From: Syntrophomonadaceae bacterium
GTDB taxonomy: Bacteria; Bacillota; Dethiobacteria; DTU022
Direction: 5' to 3'
DNA: 38,593 nucleotides
NCBI GenBank assembly: GCA_007128625.1
Contig: SKXC01000080.1
Span: 1-38,593, forward strand
Each line of letters starts with the position of its first letter. Position 1 is the stretch's first letter. A model generated the notes under the pieces. It saw nothing but the letters and a program-made list of their open reading frames with translations, was not told where the DNA came from and ran no database searches. The position numbers and the translations under genes were made by a program. Shown here piece by piece: positions 26,086 through 34,112 of this stretch.

Positions 26086-27080
26086 TGTAAGAACTCGTTC
26101 GTGAAAGCTTCTTCCACATCCGGTCTTTCTTCAATTAATCCATATTGATAGAGCCACTGGCTGTAATTTTCCCATATTTCCTTTTCCTGCCAGCCCCATA
26201 TTTCAGCATCGGCCTGGTACTGATCGGCCAACCATTCCTGGCTGGCTATAACCAGTTCTTCATCCAGTTCAGGTGCATATTCAAGCAGAATCTGGGCTGC
26301 TTGATCAGGATCTTCGATGGCCAGTTTGTAACCCCTGGTTGTAGCCTGCATGAAGCGCCTGACTAAATCAGGGGCTTCAGCAATAAGATCTTCACCGGTA
26401 ATTAAGACCGGTGTGTAGTAATTTAAGGCCGGGTCTTCCTTCCTCAGTTCAATGAAATTTAATTCCATTCCCTTAAGTTCAGCTTCTATACCGGTCCATC
26501 CGTAATAAATCCAGGCGAAATCTGCTTTTCTTTCAATTACAATTAAGGAGTCAACTTCACCGGTGGTAATGATATCGACCTGTTCAAAATCAGCGTCGTA
26601 TTGTTCCATCAAGGCTTTAATTTGTGCCTCTTCTACCGGGGAACCCCATCCACCATAGCTTTTACCTTCAAAATCAGCCGGTGTTTCAATACCGCGCTCT
26701 TTTAAGGAGGCAAAGCCGGAAGTGTTATTTTGAATTACTGCAGCTATAGAAACGACAGGGATATTTTCTAATCGAGCATAGGTTACCTCTTCCTGGTAGC
26801 TTACCCCGAATTCTGCCTGACCGGCAGCGACCATGGGCACCACGTTACCCGGAGCCTGAATGATTTCCACCTTCATGCCTTCTTCTTCATAATATCCCAG
26901 CTCTTTGGCTGCATAAAGGCCGCTGTAATTGGTGTTTGGAGTCCAATCCAGCAAAATCGTAATTTCATCCGGCCCTGCAACTTCTTCGGTTGCGCATCCT
27001 GCCGGTAAAAAAAATATGGCAAGTAAGAGCAGACATAATAATGTGGGGATAGCTTTCTTTTTTTGAATGGTTATATGCAT
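26082..27080 (-). CDS. ABC substrate-binding lipoprotein, NMT1/THI5-like (ThiY-like pyrimidine-precursor binding protein)
   Basis: 332 aa with a signal peptide and lipobox (FLPAGC). Contains LDWTPNTNYSGLYAA, typical of the NMT1/THI5 fold. Sits in a TPP-riboswitch-controlled operon. Confidence 0.8.
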   Translation of the reverse strand: MHITIQKKKAIPTLLCLLLLAIFFLPAGCATEEVAGPDEITILLDWTPNTNYSGLYAAKELGYYEEEGMKVEIIQAPGNVVPMVAAGQAEFGVSYQEEVTYARLENIPVVSIAAVIQNNTSGFASLKERGIETPADFEGKSYGGWGSPVEEAQIKALMEQYDADFEQVDIITTGEVDSLIVIERKADFAWIYYGWTGIEAELKGMELNFIELRKEDPALNYYTPVLITGEDLIAEAPDLVRRFMQATTRGYKLAIEDPDQAAQILLEYAPELDEELVIASQEWLADQYQADAEIWGWQEKEIWENYSQWLYQYGLIEERPDVEEAFTNEFLQ

Positions 27081-27097
27081 AACACATCACCTTTCTT

Positions 27098-27889
27098 TTA
27101 TTTGTTATTTGCTTTATTAAGCCGGTTGTTTGATTCTCGTTGCCAGGGCATGGCCAGCCACCCGGATAGCTCTACCAATTTAAAAAGGGTTAAACTTAAG
27201 ATAACCACCACTATAATCGAAGCAAAAAGGTGGCTGGTGCGAAAAGAATGCATGGCCCTCAGCATGTAGATACCCAGTCCGGCCCTGGCTGCCAGCCATT
27301 CTCCAATAATTGCCCCTAGAACACTGTAGGTGGCAGCTATTTTTAAGCCGGAGAAAAAGAAGGGCATAGCGAAAGGCAGCTGCACCGAACTCATGATCAT
27401 CCAGCGGTTGGCCTGCATAGTTTGCATTAGATCAACAGCTTCCGGGTCAACCTGGCTAAACCCCTCAACCAGGTTTACAGCCAGCGGAAAGAAACAAACC
27501 AGGGCAACAATTAACACTTTGGGCAGTAACCCGGCTCCAAACCAGATCAGGATTAAAGGAGCCAGGGCAAATATCGGTATGGCCTGCGAAATAACCAGAA
27601 CTGGATAGAGAGCTTGTTTTAAAGGTTTCCAGCGATCCATGGCTATGGCCAGGATTAATGCAACCAGAATGGCCATGGCCAGACCGCCAATTACTGCAAT
27701 AAATGTTACCCTGGTATGCTCCAGAAGCAGTGAAAAATTATCCACCAGAGCCATTGCAATAGCTGAAGGCGCAGGCAGTATATAGGCGGCAACATCTGCC
27801 GCTCTGGCCGCTAATTCCCAGATTGCGATCAAGAAAATAAGGAATCCAACAGCCGGTAAATTATCCTTGATACTTGCCCACTTTTTCAT
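27098..27889 (-). CDS. ABC transporter permease (ThiX-like)
   Basis: 263 aa with about 6 TM segments and a BPD-type permease layout. Same operon. Confidence 0.85.
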   Translation of the reverse strand: MKKWASIKDNLPAVGFLIFLIAIWELAARAADVAAYILPAPSAIAMALVDNFSLLLEHTRVTFIAVIGGLAMAILVALILAIAMDRWKPLKQALYPVLVISQAIPIFALAPLILIWFGAGLLPKVLIVALVCFFPLAVNLVEGFSQVDPEAVDLMQTMQANRWMIMSSVQLPFAMPFFFSGLKIAATYSVLGAIIGEWLAARAGLGIYMLRAMHSFRTSHLFASIIVVVILSLTLFKLVELSGWLAMPWQRESNNRLNKANNK

Positions 27890-28151
27890 CCATGGTCACT
27901 CCTCTGGTGCTGTAATCAATCTTGACCACTGAAAGGACCCGGTCTGCACCGGCATCGGCGCAAACTTTTTGAGCCTTTTTAACTATTTCCAGGAGATCTT
28001 CCAGGTCGCCTTCCATGGTTGTTTCCATCGGGCCGACGATATAGTTGACCCCAGAGGAAGATATTAATTCAATTACTTTGTCCACTGTCGGATAAACTTC
28101 TTTTTCCGGGACTATAGGAATTATCTGCAGGCTTACATTGCAAACGGGCAT
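27861..28151 (-). CDS. MTH1187/YkoF-like thiamine-binding protein
   Basis: The track ORF extends to 28208 across the riboswitch terminator. ATG 28151 follows AGGAGGA and gives 96 aa (MPVCNVSLQIIPIV...GPMETTMEG), the typical DUF77/YkoF-type fold signature. Confidence 0.78.
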   Translation of the reverse strand: MPVCNVSLQIIPIVPEKEVYPTVDKVIELISSSGVNYIVGPMETTMEGDLEDLLEIVKKAQKVCADAGADRVLSVVKIDYSTRGVTMDEKVGKYQG

Positions 28152-28174
28152 ATAAGTCCTCCTTTCTAAACAAA

Positions 28175-28204
28175 TTAAAAAACTGACGCCAACATCGGCG
28201 ACAG
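28175..28204 (-). terminator. Intrinsic terminator acting as expression platform of the TPP riboswitch
   Basis: Minus strand CTGTCGCC-GATGTT-GGCGTCAG (8 bp, one mismatch) followed by TTTTTTAATTT. It lies between the aptamer and the RBS of the ykoF-like gene. Confidence 0.7.
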
Positions 28205-28213
28205 CCATAAAAC

Positions 28214-28316
28214 TGCCTGTAGTGATCTCCCTCCGCTGGCATTACCCAGATCAGGTTTAAGGGTCAGAGCAATTACTGCTCTTTCTCAGCCGGGTTACTT
28301 TGGCTCCCCTAATCCT
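28214..28316 (-). promoter_or_regulatory. TPP (thiamine pyrophosphate) riboswitch
   Basis: The minus strand reads TAGGGGAGCC..CCCGGCTGAGAAAG..GACCCTTAAACCTGATCTGGGTAATGCCAGCGGAGGGA. This contains the thi-box (CTGAGA, ACCTGATCTGGNTAATGCCAGCG). Confidence 0.92.
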
Positions 28317-28331
28317 TATTCGATTTATTAA

Positions 28332-28360
28332 ATCATATCATTAATAACAAAGAGCATCAA
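28332..28360 (-). promoter_or_regulatory. Sigma-A-type promoter for the TPP riboswitch operon
   Basis: Minus strand TTGATG-17 nt-TATGAT with an extended -10 (TGaTATGAT), about 15-20 nt upstream of the aptamer. Confidence 0.5.
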
Positions 28361-28429
28361 CCCCGTACCAGTAGATTTATTCTTCAATCCTTTGATATTC
28401 CGGTAACAGCTTTTTTAAAATCCTAAAAT

Positions 28430-28459
28430 TTGATTGTTGCCGGACTAAAATGATATGAT
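28430..28459 (+). promoter_or_regulatory. Sigma-A-type promoter for the DUF362-ltaE-M20 unit
   Basis: TTGATT-18 nt-TATGAT with an extended -10 (TGaTATGAT). It would leave a ~125-nt AT-rich leader. Confidence 0.45.
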
Positions 28460-28591
28460 TATATTAACCGGTTCGTTACTTATTATTTTATTCTCAAGGC
28501 AAATAAGTAAGTAATAATATGATTCAGGTTTAAAAAATATTACTGTTTAGTTTTTATCCTGAAGGGCCAGATAAGAAAGGAAAAAAATATA

Positions 28592-29917
28592 ATGGGGAAA
28601 AACCTGGTTTCGGTCGTACGTTACAGAATGCCTTATGAATCAGTAAAGAAAGCTGTTTTAGAGTGCGGTGGTTTTGATCGCTTGTCTCCGAAAGCCAGGG
28701 TTTTTATTAAACCAAATATTGTATTTTGGAATAAAAATTGTTCCTTTCCCAAGTGGGGTGTAATAACCACCTCACGGGTTATTGAGGATACAGTAATTTT
28801 GCTCAAAGAATATGGCATTGAAGATATTACTATTGGTGAGGGGATTGTTACCAGCCCGGATGACACGGAAACCCCTGATCATGCCTTTAAAAGCCTTGGT
28901 TATCAGGTGTTAAAAGAACGCTATGGTGTTAAGTATATTAATATCATGAAAAGGCCTTTTAGAAGAATTGATCTGGGAGATGGAATAAGTCTTAACTATA
29001 ATGAAGACATCCTGGAAAGTGATTTTTTGGTAGACATTCCGGCCATGAAGTCACACAACCAGACTGTGGTTAGCCTTGGAATAAAAAACCTTAAAGGGAC
29101 TATTGATATTTCCTCTCGCAAGAAATGCCACAGTGCCGATCCCAATAAAGACTTACATTACCACATTGCCCGGCTGCCTGATCCGATGCCGCCGATCCTG
29201 ACCATTATAGACGGTATTTACAGCCTTGAACGCGGCCCCGGTTTTGATGGACGGATGAGGCGCACCAACCTGCTGCTGGCCTCAGGCGACGTTTTGTCTG
29301 CAGACATGGTTGGCGCTAAAATACTGGGACATGATCCGGCAGAAGTTAACTACCTGGTCCAGGCAGCTAAAAGATCGGGGCGGCCTCTTGATCTTTCTGA
29401 TATCGAGATAGTCGGTGAAAGAATTGAAGACGTGGCTTCTTACCACGAACATGATTTTACTTATATTAGCGGAGACAGTGGTGAAATGCCCCGGGCCATG
29501 GCCAGGCAGGGCCTGGAGGGCCTTTTTTATCGTAAATTTGATGATACCATGTGTACTTACTGTTCCAGGTTAAACGGAGTGATCCTGACAGCGATTCGCC
29601 AGGCCTGGCAGGGAAAGCCGTGGAACAATATTGAAGTTCTCACCGGCAAGGCAATGGAGCCGTCTCCGGGTATGGGAGCTACCGTGTTAGTCGGACAATG
29701 TATGTTCACCAAAAACAAGGATCATCCCCATATACAGGAATTGTTTGCTGCCAAGGGCTGTCCGCCTGATTCCCGGGATATTGTCGATGCGCTTAACAAT
29801 GCCGGTATAGCAGTTGATTCAATACTTTTTGAACAGATCGACAAGCTGCCGGAACTATTTATGACTCGATATCAGGATAACCCTGATTTTGACGAGTCTT
29901 TTTTTCAAGTTACTTAA
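28592..29917 (+). CDS. DUF362 domain-containing protein with Cys-containing C-terminal extension
   Basis: 441 aa with the DUF362-like pattern (VSVVRY...VFIKPNIV...ITTSRVIEDTV...ITIGEG...MKSHNQTVVSLGIKNLKG). The C-terminal ~150 aa carry CTYC, GQCMF and KGCPP. Confidence 0.7.
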   Translation: MGKNLVSVVRYRMPYESVKKAVLECGGFDRLSPKARVFIKPNIVFWNKNCSFPKWGVITTSRVIEDTVILLKEYGIEDITIGEGIVTSPDDTETPDHAFKSLGYQVLKERYGVKYINIMKRPFRRIDLGDGISLNYNEDILESDFLVDIPAMKSHNQTVVSLGIKNLKGTIDISSRKKCHSADPNKDLHYHIARLPDPMPPILTIIDGIYSLERGPGFDGRMRRTNLLLASGDVLSADMVGAKILGHDPAEVNYLVQAAKRSGRPLDLSDIEIVGERIEDVASYHEHDFTYISGDSGEMPRAMARQGLEGLFYRKFDDTMCTYCSRLNGVILTAIRQAWQGKPWNNIEVLTGKAMEPSPGMGATVLVGQCMFTKNKDHPHIQELFAAKGCPPDSRDIVDALNNAGIAVDSILFEQIDKLPELFMTRYQDNPDFDESFFQVT

Positions 29918-29987
29918 AAGCGGCTTTTTTGCTCAATTTTAGCTGTTAAGGTTTATAATGAGATTAAAAGTCAGGAGGATATTATTA

Positions 29988-31010
29988 ATGATTGACTTAA
30001 GAAGTGATACAATTACTTTGCCCACCCCTGAAATGCGTAAAGCCATGTGTGAAGCTGTGGTCGGTGATGATGTCTATGGGGAGGATCCCACTGTAAACCG
30101 TCTCCAGGAAATGTCGGCTGAAATAATGGGTAAGGAAGCGGCTATGTACGTATCCAGTGGAACCATGGGCAACCAGATAGCCATACTTACCCACACCCGG
30201 CCCGGCAGTGAAGTGATAATGGACTTAGATTCACATATTTATAATTATGAAGCAGCTTCAGCCTCTGTTTTTGCCGGCATTCAACCAAGGCCCCTGAACG
30301 GTGTAAAGGGAGTATTACCGGCTGACCTGGTGGAAGGGGCAATTCGCCCCGATGATGTTCATCTTCCACCCACTTCACTAATATGTCTGGAAAATACCCA
30401 TAACCGCGCCGGAGGCAAAGTAGTCCCACTGGAAAACATGAAAAGCATCTATGCCCTGGCCTGCAAGCATAATTTACCGGTTCACCTTGACGGGGCGCGT
30501 ATTTTTAATGCCTCTATTGCTTCCGGGGTTTCGGTCAAAGAATATACTTCTTGTAGTACATCTGTCCAGTTTTGCTTTTCCAAAGGCCTGGGTGCACCGG
30601 TAGGCTCGATCATTGCAGGGCCCTTGGATTTTATAACTGAAGCAAAACGGTGGCGTAAGCGCCTTGGTGGAGGTATGCGCCAGGCTGGGATTATTGCAGC
30701 TGCCTGTATTGTTGCCCTGGAAACGATGATTGAAAGACTTGCAGATGATCATGCCAATACCCGTTTACTGGCTGATGGTTTAGCTGTATTGAAAGGAATC
30801 GACTTCAATCCTGCCGAAGTTGATACAAATATTTTACTGGTAAAACCAACCTCAATGTCCGCCCACCAGTTGTGCAGTGAACTCAAAAAAAGGGATATAC
30901 TGACCGGGGTTATGGGACCGGACAAGGTTCGACTGACTACCAGCAAGGAAGTCGATCGCAGTGATCTAGAAATAACGATTAAGGCGTTTAAAGAAATATT
31001 AACCGGTTAG
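29988..31010 (+). CDS. ltaE: Low-specificity L-threonine aldolase
   Basis: MIDLRSDTITLPTPEMRKAM is a hallmark N-terminus. The PLP-lysine motif is FSKGLGAPVGS. The track start 29958 precedes the RBS AGGAGG (29973-29978), so ATG 29988 was chosen, giving 340 aa. Confidence 0.88.
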   Translation: MIDLRSDTITLPTPEMRKAMCEAVVGDDVYGEDPTVNRLQEMSAEIMGKEAAMYVSSGTMGNQIAILTHTRPGSEVIMDLDSHIYNYEAASASVFAGIQPRPLNGVKGVLPADLVEGAIRPDDVHLPPTSLICLENTHNRAGGKVVPLENMKSIYALACKHNLPVHLDGARIFNASIASGVSVKEYTSCSTSVQFCFSKGLGAPVGSIIAGPLDFITEAKRWRKRLGGGMRQAGIIAAACIVALETMIERLADDHANTRLLADGLAVLKGIDFNPAEVDTNILLVKPTSMSAHQLCSELKKRDILTGVMGPDKVRLTTSKEVDRSDLEITIKAFKEILTG

Positions 31011-31060
31011 ACAAACAGTTTGCTGAAGGTTAATAATCTTAGTCGTGGATAAGGAGAAAA

Positions 31061-32239
31061 ATGGTGGATACAATTAAAGCTGCCCGAGAAGTACATAATC
31101 AAATAATAAAATGGCGGCGAGACCTGCACCAGGTTCCTGAAATAGGTTTTGATTTAAAACAGACCTCAAGCTATATCCGGCAGTGTTTGGATGAAATGAA
31201 AATACCCTGCCGAACGGCAGCTCAAACAGGGATTGTCGGTTTAATTGAAGGTGATAAACCCGGACCCACACTGGCTTTACGGGCCGATATGGATGCCCTG
31301 CCTATTACCGAAGAAACCGGGCTGCCCTTTGCTTCATCTAATGGTAACATGCATGCCTGCGGCCATGATGCTCACATGGCCATGCTGCTTGGAACAGCCA
31401 GAATTATTAAAGGCATACGCTCTGAGCTCAAGGGAAACATAAAGCTGCTTTTCCAGCCGGGCGAAGAAGGATACGGTGGAGCGGCGAAAATGATTGAAGA
31501 TGGATGCCTGGAAAATCCAGCGGTTGATGCCGCTGTCGGGCTGCATGTGGGACAGATATTTCCCGAGGTAAGTACGGGTCAGATCGGGATTTGTGAAGGC
31601 CCTATTCTTGCCGCGGCTACAAAATTTGAGGTTACTGTCAATGGAGAAAGCACACATGGTGCTTTACCTCACCTGGGGGTTGATGCTATTACTGTTGCCT
31701 CTGAAATTATTTTGGCTTTACAAAAAATAATTAGCCGTGAAATGGATCCTCTTAAACCCGCAGTTTTAACGGTCGGCAAAATAAATGGCGGTGAGTCTTT
31801 TAACATTGTTACTCCCAGGGTTGTATTCAAGGGTGACTTCAGGACCCTTTATGAGTCCGACCGCCAGTTTATAGCGGGGCGCCTGGATGAACTCTCCACG
31901 GCAATAGCCAAAGCTAACCGGGCCGGGGCGGAGGTAAATATTTTAGGTGGTTATCCTCCCACAGTGAACAATCCCGGCCTTGTTCACAGGTTGATTGAGG
32001 TTATATCAAAAGTAGTTGGTGCCAATAATGTGATTGAGATAAAAAAGCCTAATATGGGCACTGAAGATATGTCTTTATACCTGGAAAAAGTGCCCGGTGT
32101 TTTTTTTGTAATCGGCACGGGGAATCCGGAGAAAGGGATAACTTATCCTCACCATAACTCCAGATTTGATGTTGATGAAGATTGCCTCTGGATCGGTCCG
32201 GCGATTTTTACCTGCTTGGCCCTTGACTATCTAGGCTAA
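31061..32239 (+). CDS. M20D family amidohydrolase (N-acyl-L-amino acid amidohydrolase / hippurate hydrolase-like)
   Basis: 392 aa with WRRDLHQ.PE, ALRADMDALP, MHACGHDAH and FQPGEEG, motifs typical of the M20D/ILR1 family. Confidence 0.85.
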   Translation: MVDTIKAAREVHNQIIKWRRDLHQVPEIGFDLKQTSSYIRQCLDEMKIPCRTAAQTGIVGLIEGDKPGPTLALRADMDALPITEETGLPFASSNGNMHACGHDAHMAMLLGTARIIKGIRSELKGNIKLLFQPGEEGYGGAAKMIEDGCLENPAVDAAVGLHVGQIFPEVSTGQIGICEGPILAAATKFEVTVNGESTHGALPHLGVDAITVASEIILALQKIISREMDPLKPAVLTVGKINGGESFNIVTPRVVFKGDFRTLYESDRQFIAGRLDELSTAIAKANRAGAEVNILGGYPPTVNNPGLVHRLIEVISKVVGANNVIEIKKPNMGTEDMSLYLEKVPGVFFVIGTGNPEKGITYPHHNSRFDVDEDCLWIGPAIFTCLALDYLG

Positions 32240-32390
32240 CCGGATATATAGAGGTGGTCGTTGGATCATATCAAATAAGATAATGATTATTACCGGCCAA
32301 ACAAGCATTAAATCAGGATTAAACCATTTAAAGGCAGTTGTCTTAATGCAGTTTTTCAACTGACAGCTTTCCATTTTTTCAGTGGTTCAT

Positions 32391-32436
32391 AAAAAAAGAA
32401 GGACCGGTAATTATTTACCTTTGTCCTTCGCTTTTT
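32391..32436. terminator. Bidirectional intrinsic terminator between the M20 gene (+) and the FmdB-like gene (-)
   Basis: GAAGGAC (32398-32404) pairs with GTCCTTC (32423-32429), with an inner GGTAA/TTACC stem. It is flanked by A7 on the left (a U-tract for the minus strand) and GCTTTTT on the right. Confidence 0.6.
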
Positions 32437-32451
32437 AACAGTTCAGGAGCA

Positions 32452-32622
32452 TTAATGCAGGGGAAATGTGGCTGTAACGGTCATGTTCCCAAAATACTGG
32501 GCCATTTTTTTACTGCCGCAGTGATCACAGACAACATGCAGACCTTTTTCTTTTTCTTCAAAGGATTTTCGCATTTCAGTTATTTTTTTGCAATCCTGAC
32601 AAATATATTCATACACCGGCAT
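32452..32622 (-). CDS. FmdB-family zinc-ribbon protein
   Basis: MPVYEYICQDCKK...VCDHCGS is the CxxC...CxxC pattern with the MPxYEY start. The track start 32733 is too far upstream. ATG 32622 follows AGGAGGA, giving 56 aa. Confidence 0.7.
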   Translation of the reverse strand: MPVYEYICQDCKKITEMRKSFEEKEKGLHVVCDHCGSKKMAQYFGNMTVTATFPLH

Positions 32623-32704
32623 ATAAAAATTCCTCCTTTTATATAATACTGGTTGATTATTACACAAAGGCAATTGATCGGCATTGATTTGTATTTCTTT
32701 TTCT

Positions 32705-32733
32705 ATATTACGACAATATTTATACAATAGCAA
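32705..32733 (-). promoter_or_regulatory. Candidate sigma-A promoter for the FmdB-like gene
   Basis: Minus strand TTGCTA-17 nt-TAATAT. Confidence 0.4.
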
Positions 32734-32792
32734 CCGGTATTTATTTACATATTACACGGCTAGGCGTTTTTATTGCTAGATAAGAGGAAAAA

Positions 32793-33932
32793 TTAAATAT
32801 AAATTCGGGGCACTCTTTTATTAACAGCACAAAGAACTTCATAATTTATCGTTCCCAGGATAGCGGCAATTTCTTCAACAGGAATTATTTCATGATCCTG
32901 TTCACCAAACAGTACCACTTCATCACCGATTTTTACCCGGGGATCGGTGCTGACATCTACCATAAATTGATCCATACATATCCGCCCGATTACAGGGTGG
33001 CGTTTTCCCCTGATTAAAACTGCAGCTTTGCCGGATAGCAGTCTGCTATAGCCATCGCCGTAACCCAGGGGGATGGTTGCAACCAATGTGCTGCTTTCTG
33101 TTTTATAGGTGCAGCCATAACTGATGCAGGTTCCGGCCGGCACCTGCTTAACATAAGAGACTCTGCTTTTTAAACTCATCAGTGGTTTTAAAGGAATTAT
33201 TTCTTTGTTTACTTCATTGGATGGGTAGTGCCCATACATACTGATTCCCAACCTGACTAGATCAAACCAGGTTTCCTTAATTTCCAGGGCAGCAGCGCTG
33301 TTTGCAGCATGGACGACCGGTGGGCAGATTCCTTTGTTCTTTAAATCTTTAATTACCTGTAAAAAAATGTTAAGCTGTATATGGGCGTAGCTCTTATCTT
33401 TTTCATCAGCAGTGGCGAAGTGGGTATAAAAACCCTCTAAAACCAGGTTCGGTAATTTTTTTACAGATTGTATAAACTTATCTGCTGCAGAAGGAGGAAA
33501 CAATCCAACCCTTCCCATACCGGTATCAATTTTAATGTGTATGTTTTTCTTTTTATTTTTTTTTACGGCTTGATCAGAAAACAACTGGGCCATATCAATA
33601 GTAAATATAGTAGGAATTAAATCGTAATCAAAAAAAAGTTCGATCTGGTTGGCAAAAGGGGGATTTAGAACCAGCATTGGGGCATTCAATCCATGTTTAC
33701 GGAGCTTAATTCCTTCTTCTACAAAAGCTACCCCCAGCCAGCTTGCGCCGTGGTTCAATGCAGTTTTTGCTATTTCAATCGAACCATGACCGTAAGCATC
33801 AGCTTTTACAACCGCCATTATCCTGGTTTCATCAGCAATATGGTTCCGAAAGCATGACAGGTTATACTTAAGGTTATCAAGATTTACCTCTGCCCGGGTA
33901 GCCCGAAATAAATCTGTCAATGCGAACACCAC
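32793..33932 (-). CDS. alr: Alanine racemase
   Basis: PLP-lysine motif AVVKADAYGHG and the C-terminal YEVLC...RVPR. The start is either GTG 33932 or, more likely, TTG 33920 (6 nt after AGGTGGTG). Confidence 0.9.
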   Translation of the reverse strand: MVFALTDLFRATRAEVNLDNLKYNLSCFRNHIADETRIMAVVKADAYGHGSIEIAKTALNHGASWLGVAFVEEGIKLRKHGLNAPMLVLNPPFANQIELFFDYDLIPTIFTIDMAQLFSDQAVKKNKKKNIHIKIDTGMGRVGLFPPSAADKFIQSVKKLPNLVLEGFYTHFATADEKDKSYAHIQLNIFLQVIKDLKNKGICPPVVHAANSAAALEIKETWFDLVRLGISMYGHYPSNEVNKEIIPLKPLMSLKSRVSYVKQVPAGTCISYGCTYKTESSTLVATIPLGYGDGYSRLLSGKAAVLIRGKRHPVIGRICMDQFMVDVSTDPRVKIGDEVVLFGEQDHEIIPVEEIAAILGTINYEVLCAVNKRVPRIYI

Positions 33933-34010
33933 CTAAAATGTATTTATGCCCATTATCCCGGAGAAGACAGATCTTATCAAGCAATGGATCTGAAAATAAT
34001 CCTGAAATTG

Positions 34011-34061
34011 GCTAATATAAAACCCCGGCCCGTCCATGCATATAAGACAGGCCAGGGTTTT
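34011..34061 (-). terminator. Intrinsic terminator downstream of the alanine/glycine symporter gene
   Basis: Minus strand AAAACCCTGGCC...GGCCGGGGTTTT forms a 12-bp stem whose single non-Watson-Crick pair is a G-U only on the minus strand. It is followed by TTTTATATT. Confidence 0.65.
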
Positions 34062-34112
34062 ATTTTTTCCAGCTATACAGTGACCAGGGTCAAATGCTTA
34101 GTTTTTACTACC

